A DNA stretch of 64,000 nt from a virus. The position numbers and the translations under genes were made by a program. Of the stretch, positions 57,378-64,000 are shown in pieces (within the stretch, counting starts at the first letter, position 1; each line of letters begins with the position of its first letter). The notes beneath the pieces are model-generated. The model had not been told where the DNA came from and ran no database searches. It was given only the letters and a program-made list of their open reading frames with translations. Where the stretch lies: positions 1 through 64,000 of IMG/VR virus record IMGVR_UViG_3300021425_003021. One strand, given 5' to 3'.

Positions 57378-59321
57378 ATGTATGATGTTTACTTAATTGC
57401 CAACAAAGATGTGTATTCACAAGAATACAAGGATCTTAAATCTAAAATACCGATGCTCAAGTGTGTTGATTCAATTGATCAAGCACAAAAAAGTTGTATT
57501 ACTAAATTCTTTTGGGCAGTGTATCCAGACTTAGACATTTGTGAAGATTTCAATTTTGATTATGTACCTGATGATTGGAGTCAAGATTATGTTCACGTAT
57601 TTCTAAATGATAAAGAATATGACGGTATTAGTCTTATACCAAAAAAAGCAAAAATATCTCAAAAAGAAATTGATTATAGATTTTTTGTAAATAAAAAATT
57701 TATTGAAATTGTAGCCAGTAATCCAAAACCTTATGATTATTTTGAAATAGATAACTATGAACAATACTGCGATGCATTAGAAAAAACAAAAACTCAAATG
57801 TTTTGGATGAGCAGTCCTAACATAAAAGTTAACGAAGTTGTTGATACTTTTTATATTTCTCACCACGAATCCTCTTTGAGACAACAAAATCATGCTTTCA
57901 TTCACAGGGTGGATGATGAAGATTATTATAATGGGTTGTTTTTATGCAGTAAAGATATGCCACTTACAGAAAAAGAAGTTGAACACAGATTTCCTGTTGC
58001 AAGGAAAGAATGGGATATTGTAGCAAGTGGTCCTTGTAAGTATGATATATTTGAAATTAGTACATTTGAACAATATACAAAAGCTCTTGAAAATACTAAA
58101 ACTGAAATGTTTTGGATGAGTAGTGCAAATATAGATGCAACAATACCCAATATTTACTTTACACACGATCAGAAATACAATAGACTGCGTAATCACGCAT
58201 TTATACACAGAGTAAAAGGCGAAGATCATTACAACGGCTTGTTTTTATGTAGTAAATTAAAACCGTTATCAAAAAAAGAAGTTGATTACAGACACCCTGT
58301 TGATAGAAAAGAATGGGATATTGTAGGATCTACAGAAGCTAAATATCAAATATATTTTGTAGATTCGTATCAAGCATATTTAGATGCGTATGACAGAGCT
58401 GATACAGAAATGTTTTATGTTGTTCCTGGACACGTAGATCTTTTAGATGACTTTGCATTTGACGATTATTACAATCACGAAAATGAATATGATAGAAAAA
58501 TTAATCACGTATTTTTAAATGGAGAATTCCACGATGGTGTAGTTTTGTGTAGTAAGCACAGTAAAATTAGTGCTAGAGAATGGCAGTTTATGTTTATTCA
58601 ACATAAAAAAGAACACAACAAATTAGTAAGTACTCCTAAACCGTACGATATGGTTTTCATAAGTTACGAAGAAACTAACGCTGATGAAAACTACGAACTT
58701 ATTTTACAAAGGTATCCACATTGTAAAAGAGTACACGGGGTAAAAGGAATTCATCAAGCTCATATAGAAGCTGCTAAACAATGTTCTACTCCTATGTTTT
58801 GGATTATCGATGGCGATGCACAAATCGAAGATGATTTTAATTTTGAATATCAGGTACCTGTATGGCAATGGGATCACGTACACGTTTGGCGCAGCAGAAA
58901 TCCAGTAAATGGACTTGTATATGGCTATGGTGGTGTAAAGCTATTTCCTAGAGAATTAACCATTAATATGGATACAAACAAACCAGATATGACTACAAGT
59001 ATTAGCTCTAAGTTTAGGGCAGTACAAAAAGTTAGTAATGTTACAGCCTTTAATGTTGGTGAATTTGAAACCTGGAAAAGTGCTTTTAGAGAATGTTGTA
59101 AGTTAAGCAGTAAAGTAATTGACAGACAAAAAGATGTCGAAACTGATAGAAGATTGAAAATATGGTCATCTATTGGACGTGATAAACCGTTTGGAGAGTT
59201 TGCGATCAGAGGTGCTAAAGAAGGCACTATGTACGGCACTGCTAATAAAGGAAATATCGAGGCTTTGAAAAAAATAAATGATTTTGATTGGTTAAAGGAA
59301 GTTTACAATGGAAATCTATAA
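57378..59321 (+). CDS. Multi-repeat glycosyltransferase-like protein
   Basis: Four ~100-aa N-terminal repeats, then a C-terminal domain paralogous to 52998-53912 (FWIIDGDA, YGYGGVKLFP, WKSAFREC). Confidence 0.72.
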   Translation: MYDVYLIANKDVYSQEYKDLKSKIPMLKCVDSIDQAQKSCITKFFWAVYPDLDICEDFNFDYVPDDWSQDYVHVFLNDKEYDGISLIPKKAKISQKEIDYRFFVNKKFIEIVASNPKPYDYFEIDNYEQYCDALEKTKTQMFWMSSPNIKVNEVVDTFYISHHESSLRQQNHAFIHRVDDEDYYNGLFLCSKDMPLTEKEVEHRFPVARKEWDIVASGPCKYDIFEISTFEQYTKALENTKTEMFWMSSANIDATIPNIYFTHDQKYNRLRNHAFIHRVKGEDHYNGLFLCSKLKPLSKKEVDYRHPVDRKEWDIVGSTEAKYQIYFVDSYQAYLDAYDRADTEMFYVVPGHVDLLDDFAFDDYYNHENEYDRKINHVFLNGEFHDGVVLCSKHSKISAREWQFMFIQHKKEHNKLVSTPKPYDMVFISYEETNADENYELILQRYPHCKRVHGVKGIHQAHIEAAKQCSTPMFWIIDGDAQIEDDFNFEYQVPVWQWDHVHVWRSRNPVNGLVYGYGGVKLFPRELTINMDTNKPDMTTSISSKFRAVQKVSNVTAFNVGEFETWKSAFRECCKLSSKVIDRQKDVETDRRLKIWSSIGRDKPFGEFAIRGAKEGTMYGTANKGNIEALKKINDFDWLKEVYNGNL

Positions 59322-60354
59322 ACTGCTAGATAGGTTTGAGTTATTATATAAAAATGATGATCAATTAGCTGATTTACGCAGAGCATATATAGATCAAGAT
59401 TTGACAAGCATATTTAAATTGTCAAATAGTAGCGAAGATCTACGTAAAGCAATTATGGAAGAAAATTGGCACAGTATTTTCCGTATTATTGACAATAAAA
59501 GAATTATTGGAGAAATTGACGATTTACGAAAAGCAATACTTGAAGAAAACTTGCATAGTCTTTTTAGACTTTTACCAGGTACTGACGATTTAAGAAAAGC
59601 TGTGCTTGATAAAAACATCCACAGTATTTTTAGATTAGTTGATAACAAAGATCTCAAAGGTTTAGTTTTAAACGACAATTATTACGACTTATGGAGAATA
59701 TTAGACAAGTATACTCAAAGCCATTTTGTATATGCATTTAAAACACTGTTAGAAAACGAAATCGAATTTGACGAAGATTGTTTTAGTAGAGGGCAATTAG
59801 AAAGTAAACTTTGGTTAATAGAAGAACTTAAAAAAACAAGTATGAGTTTAGGAACAGTGTTTTTGTGTGCAGGGTGGTACGGAACACTTGCTACAATGAT
59901 GTTTGAAAACAATTTAGATGTTATTAAAATTAGAAGTTTTGATGTTGATAAAACTTGTCCAACTATTGCAGAAATATTCAATAAAAAATGGGTAGTAGAT
60001 GATTGGAAATTTAAAGCAAGTGTACAAGATATACATGATATAAATTTCAATGAAGAACACGTTTATCGTGTATATAAATCTAATGGCGAAGAAGAACTAT
60101 TATGGGATTCGCCGGACACTATTATTAATACCAGTTCGGAGCACATACATAATTTTACAGAATGGTATAATAAAATACCCGATGGTAAATTAGTTGTTAT
60201 ACAAGGCAACAATTATTTTGAAATTGAAGAACACGTAAATTGCAGTAAAGATTTAAAAGAGTTTAGCGATAAATCTCCAATGACAACAGTATTATATGAA
60301 GGCGAATTAGAATTGCCAAAGTACAAAAGGTTTATGAAAATTGGATTTAAGTAA
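59308..60354 (+). CDS. Class I SAM-dependent methyltransferase-like protein with N-terminal helical repeats
   Basis: VFLCAGWYG (motif I), IRSFDVD, DTIINTSSEH; DLRKA..EEN.HSIFR repeats. Confidence 0.72.
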   Translation: MEIYKLLDRFELLYKNDDQLADLRRAYIDQDLTSIFKLSNSSEDLRKAIMEENWHSIFRIIDNKRIIGEIDDLRKAILEENLHSLFRLLPGTDDLRKAVLDKNIHSIFRLVDNKDLKGLVLNDNYYDLWRILDKYTQSHFVYAFKTLLENEIEFDEDCFSRGQLESKLWLIEELKKTSMSLGTVFLCAGWYGTLATMMFENNLDVIKIRSFDVDKTCPTIAEIFNKKWVVDDWKFKASVQDIHDINFNEEHVYRVYKSNGEEELLWDSPDTIINTSSEHIHNFTEWYNKIPDGKLVVIQGNNYFEIEEHVNCSKDLKEFSDKSPMTTVLYEGELELPKYKRFMKIGFK

Positions 60355-60565
60355 TTTAACTTTGAGAGAAATGCAAAAAGAAAGTGCTAGAGCGTTGAGT
60401 ACTATGCAAGCAACCAACAACAACATTTGGCAATTTAATAAAAAAGCTCATCACAATAGTCAAAAATGGTATCTTGCCGTAATCGAATGGTACATAGAAC
60501 AATATGGTGATTTACCTAGTAAAGCAGGTCCTGGCAAGGATGTTGAATTAGTTTATGATAGATAA
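60341..60565 (+). CDS. Hypothetical protein
   Basis: 74-aa ORF overlapping both neighbours. Confidence 0.6.
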   Translation: MDLSNLTLREMQKESARALSTMQATNNNIWQFNKKAHHNSQKWYLAVIEWYIEQYGDLPSKAGPGKDVELVYDR

Positions 60566-61634
60566 AAATATAGTATTGTTGTTTGATGATGTGCAAACGA
60601 AATACGGCAAATTAAATTTTGGTAATGAACATATAGACGAGCTGTATACTCAAATTGTATACAGCAAAAGGGATGACCCGGATCCTAAAATTATTCCTAT
60701 TTTTTACACACACCGGGAAGAAGAAAAATATGTAAACGAATGGATTGCAGATGTAATAAATTTTTTTAACAGGCATAAAGATTTTATAGAGCTAACTAAC
60801 AACAAAATTGTTGTATGCGATTTGTTAGAATCTAATAGAACACTTGCAAAGTCTGTTGAAATTGTATCAAACTACGTCCAGAAAATAATTTATGTAGTAA
60901 CACCTAACTACAAAGTTATATCAACTAATAAAGTAAAATTCTTACACAATCCTACATTTTACAAATTTTTATGGCCGATAAAAAATACCCTAAAGTACAA
61001 ACCAAAAAAATTATATATAAATTTAAATAGGGCATATAGATATCATAGAGCTTTGCTCATAGATAATTTGTATGAACACAATTTATTAAAATGTGGATAT
61101 ACAACATTTGGAGATGCTTATAATGATATAAATCAATATATAGAAGAAAATCCTAATAGCAATCTTGACAAAATTAAATTTGACATCTTAGACGAACCTG
61201 ATTTAAAAAATGTAAATCCTGTTTACAAATATCCAGCCGAGTGTAAAAAAAGTTTTTTATTTCTCAACACAGAAACGTGGGTTGATAATGACAGATTATT
61301 TTTAACTGAAAAATCTTTTAAGCCGGCAGGGATAGGTATGCCTTTTATAAATTTAGGAAACCCTGGTACATTAGCAAAAATGCGAGAGCTAGGTTTCTAC
61401 ACATTTAGCCCTTGGATAGACGAATCTTACGATTTAGATTTGCCATTACAACAAAGAATCGATATTGTAATTGAAAATTTAAAACGTCTAAGTCAACATA
61501 CTGATAAAGAATTAATAAAAATTAGAAACCAAATGAATTATAGAATACAACATAACCACAGATTATATAATATTTTTTATAACAAAAATTTTACAAACGA
61601 AAACTTTCAACTTATTGTAAATGGAGCAGTATAA
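60555..61634 (+). CDS. Putative glycosyltransferase (GT-B/GT10-like TEK motif)
   Basis: YINLNR..RYHR...FLNTET....FLTEKSFKP....PFINLG...LGFYTF. Confidence 0.55.
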   Translation: MIDKNIVLLFDDVQTKYGKLNFGNEHIDELYTQIVYSKRDDPDPKIIPIFYTHREEEKYVNEWIADVINFFNRHKDFIELTNNKIVVCDLLESNRTLAKSVEIVSNYVQKIIYVVTPNYKVISTNKVKFLHNPTFYKFLWPIKNTLKYKPKKLYINLNRAYRYHRALLIDNLYEHNLLKCGYTTFGDAYNDINQYIEENPNSNLDKIKFDILDEPDLKNVNPVYKYPAECKKSFLFLNTETWVDNDRLFLTEKSFKPAGIGMPFINLGNPGTLAKMRELGFYTFSPWIDESYDLDLPLQQRIDIVIENLKRLSQHTDKELIKIRNQMNYRIQHNHRLYNIFYNKNFTNENFQLIVNGAV

Positions 61635-62725
61635 TGTCTATCGCCTGGATCGGATTAGGAAAACTTGGATTGCCTTGTGCTGAAATTATTGCAAGCAAAG
61701 GAATCGATGTTAATGGATATGATATCAAAAAAAGTAAAACCGAGCGTGTTTTAGGATTTCCTAATCTAGCCGGTGCAGTTTCAACTGCAAGTATGGTCTT
61801 TGTAGCAGTACCTACACCGCATCACTCTGATTATGACGGAAGTATGCCTATCAGTCATTTGCCTCCTAAAGACTTTGATTATGACATATTGTACGATGTT
61901 GTTTTACAATGCGATAGAAATATGACAAAAGGAAAAATACTTGTAATTATTTCTACTGTGTTACCTGGAACTATTAGAAAGCTTAAACAAAAAGTAAAAA
62001 ATGCAATTATTGTTTACAATCCTTATCTTATAGCCATGGGTACAGTTGCGCACGATATGGTAAATCCAGAAATGGTTATGATTGGAACAGAAAATGGAAA
62101 AACAACGGCTGAAGCACAAGCGTTGATTGATTTTTATAAAAAAATAATGGAAAACAATCCACGTTACATAGTAGGAACTTGGGAAGAGTGTGAATGCATT
62201 AAAGTTTTTTATAATACATTTATAAGCACAAAACTTGCACTTGTAAATATGATACAAGATGTTGCTGTTAAAAATGGTAATGTAAATGTTGATGTAGTTA
62301 CAAAGGCTTTAGCAGATTCTACTCAAAGAATAACAGGTAGTGCCTATATGAAGGCAGGAATGGGCGACGGCGGTCCTTGTCATCCAAGAGACAACATTGC
62401 TTTGCGTAAGTTATCTCAAGACCTGAATTTAGGGTATGATATATTTGGATGCATTGTTGAAGCTAGAGAAAAACAAGCTGAAAACATGGCCATAGAAATT
62501 TTAAAATATGGAAACAAAGTAAAATTTAGCAGTAACAGCTACAAACCTGATACAGATTTAATCGACGGAAGTTATAGTTTATTAGTGCAATATTATGTTA
62601 AAAAGCACGGTGGTTGGTTAGTTGATGAAAAACCAACAGTTTATGTTTTAGTGCATCCAGAAGACAAACCAATGGAAAATGTTTACAATTTTGATCCTTG
62701 GCATAATTATGGAAACAACAAATGA
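61634..62725 (+). CDS. ugd: UDP-glucose/GDP-mannose dehydrogenase family
   Basis: GLGKLG Rossmann motif, FVAVPTP, ISTVLPGT, KVFYNTF, GMGDGGPCHPRD catalytic Cys, SYKPDTD. Confidence 0.88.
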   Translation: MSIAWIGLGKLGLPCAEIIASKGIDVNGYDIKKSKTERVLGFPNLAGAVSTASMVFVAVPTPHHSDYDGSMPISHLPPKDFDYDILYDVVLQCDRNMTKGKILVIISTVLPGTIRKLKQKVKNAIIVYNPYLIAMGTVAHDMVNPEMVMIGTENGKTTAEAQALIDFYKKIMENNPRYIVGTWEECECIKVFYNTFISTKLALVNMIQDVAVKNGNVNVDVVTKALADSTQRITGSAYMKAGMGDGGPCHPRDNIALRKLSQDLNLGYDIFGCIVEAREKQAENMAIEILKYGNKVKFSSNSYKPDTDLIDGSYSLLVQYYVKKHGGWLVDEKPTVYVLVHPEDKPMENVYNFDPWHNYGNNK

Positions 62726-63156
62726 AAAGTGCATTTATTATTATAGATCCTTGGTTATATTGCGAAAACGAGGATATAAAACATTTTCCTCAAATACAAA
62801 ATCAGTGTAATACGTTTGGTCATTACTTGCATTCTATGTTATCCGATATTGAAAAATATGCAGATATTTTTGTAGATGCATCTGATAGAAAAGTAATGAA
62901 TTGGTTTAGTCGTTATCCGACCTGTTGTGTTACAGAATTAAATTACAAAAATATATATATTGGTGGATTTCATTTTGGTAGATGTATACACAACAAAGCA
63001 AAAAAAGTTCTTGACAAAAACGTAGGAATAGTTAATAATTTAAGTATAGTATTTCCTGCAGATAAATTTACCGGTTTTACAAATGAACTTGCATTGTTCA
63101 AAAACTATTATTTTACTCCAGCAGGCGGTTTTGAGAAAATAAAAATTGGGTGTTGA
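62722..63156 (+). CDS. Isochorismatase / cysteine-hydrolase-like protein
   Basis: AFIIIDPW ... IYIGGFHFGRCI pattern. Confidence 0.45.
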   Translation: MKSAFIIIDPWLYCENEDIKHFPQIQNQCNTFGHYLHSMLSDIEKYADIFVDASDRKVMNWFSRYPTCCVTELNYKNIYIGGFHFGRCIHNKAKKVLDKNVGIVNNLSIVFPADKFTGFTNELALFKNYYFTPAGGFEKIKIGC

Positions 63157-63862
63157 AATATTTTGTATAGGTTGTAGTTTTACAGCTGGTAGGTATCCTA
63201 CACAGTTTGATAAGTCTTGGCCAGAATTATTAGCAGAAAAAGTGGAGCATCAGGTCTGGAATCTTGGAATATTTAGTAATAGTATTCACAATCAATTAGT
63301 GCAATTAAAGCATTATTTGCAAAAAGATCCAAACTTTGTTATTTTGCAATGGACCACGTATCCAAGAATAACTTATGTGAAACATATGCCAACCTATATG
63401 AATAATTTAGATGATTATATTATACAAAAAAGTGACAATTATTTTGAACTAGAAAACACTCCTACATATGGAGAATTTTCTAATCTAGGTATTTTAAATC
63501 TAAATCCAGGTAAATTAGATTCAATGTCTCCTAAGGACATTTATAGAAGAACATACGAAACACTGTGTACTCAATCGGTAAGTGAATTTCACACTTATGG
63601 CTTAGATAATTTTTTTAATGGTATATTAAAACAATATGGTAAAAAAATGTTAGTAGACAAAGGTATTCCGCATTTGATTTTTGATTTTAAAAAACACGAT
63701 GACGATCCTACAGATACTGGAGTTGATTATTGTATAGAAACAGATATGGAAAATTTTTTAGAATACACAGTAGATGACGGTTACCATTTGTCCACCAAAG
63801 GAAATGAACAAATAGTAAATAAAATGATAATGCCATACATAGAAAGGTTTTTGAATGTATAA
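63146..63862 (+). CDS. SGNH/GDSL hydrolase-like protein
   Basis: IGCSFT, SWPELLA, VWNLG..SNS, VILQWT, DGYHLS..GNEQI (DxxH). Confidence 0.7.
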   Translation: MGVEIFCIGCSFTAGRYPTQFDKSWPELLAEKVEHQVWNLGIFSNSIHNQLVQLKHYLQKDPNFVILQWTTYPRITYVKHMPTYMNNLDDYIIQKSDNYFELENTPTYGEFSNLGILNLNPGKLDSMSPKDIYRRTYETLCTQSVSEFHTYGLDNFFNGILKQYGKKMLVDKGIPHLIFDFKKHDDDPTDTGVDYCIETDMENFLEYTVDDGYHLSTKGNEQIVNKMIMPYIERFLNV

Positions 63863-64000
63863 GTACGAAGATATTAGAGAAGTTCATTTAGAGGTAACAC
63901 AACGTTGTCAGGCAGCGTGTCCTATGTGTGATAGAAATATGAACGGCGGAGATGATAATCCTCATTTAACAGATGCAGAAATTACATTACAAAAAGCCAA
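63855..64000 (+). CDS. Radical SAM protein (partial, runs off window end)
   Basis: Not in the ORF track. MYKYEDIREVHLEVTQRCQAACPMCDR contains CxxxCxxC. Confidence 0.85.
   Translation, partial: MYKYEDIREVHLEVTQRCQAACPMCDRNMNGGDDNPHLTDAEITLQKA

Noticed and set aside
18562-62257. Numerous short (60-175 aa) antisense or alternate-frame ORFs within structural and enzyme genes
   Set aside because: Fully nested in well-supported genes, with shadow-like composition and no translation signals.

Overview
This window is about 64 kb of an AT-rich, large T4-superfamily myovirus genome, probably from an uncultured aquatic phage; the host cannot be identified from sequence alone. No host genes, tRNAs, rRNAs or CRISPR arrays were seen. 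Left part, mostly minus strand: head module (gp23 capsid, gp22 scaffold, gp21 protease, acidic core protein, gp20 portal), a tape-measure-like gene, and a gp55 late sigma / gp47 / gp46 / Hc1-like / GIY-YIG block. Middle, plus strand: contractile-tail baseplate operon (tube initiator, gp53, hub, gp5 spike, gp25, gp6, a 4588-aa wedge protein) and tail-fibre genes. Right: a sigma70-driven glycan-modification cluster (several glycosyltransferases, two radical SAM enzymes, methyltransferase, nucleotide-sugar dehydrogenase, SGNH hydrolase). The main unexplained signals are: (1) a ~370-nt, heavily base-paired, pseudoknotted non-coding RNA directly 3' of a minimal GIY-YIG nuclease gene, followed by a palindrome cluster; (2) a ~215-nt stand-alone pseudoknotted ncRNA with its own promoter and terminator beside a cold-shock-like gene; (3) a canonical -1 programmed frameshift signal (T TTT TTC + 6 nt + 12-bp hairpin) joining the gp26-like and gp51-like ORFs next to the tape measure gene; (4) an apparently bipartite late promoter (CGCATAT-like element ~15 bp upstream of TAAATA) alongside an enlarged gp55. 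All product calls come from motif recognition by eye and RNA structures were paired by hand; no searches were run.
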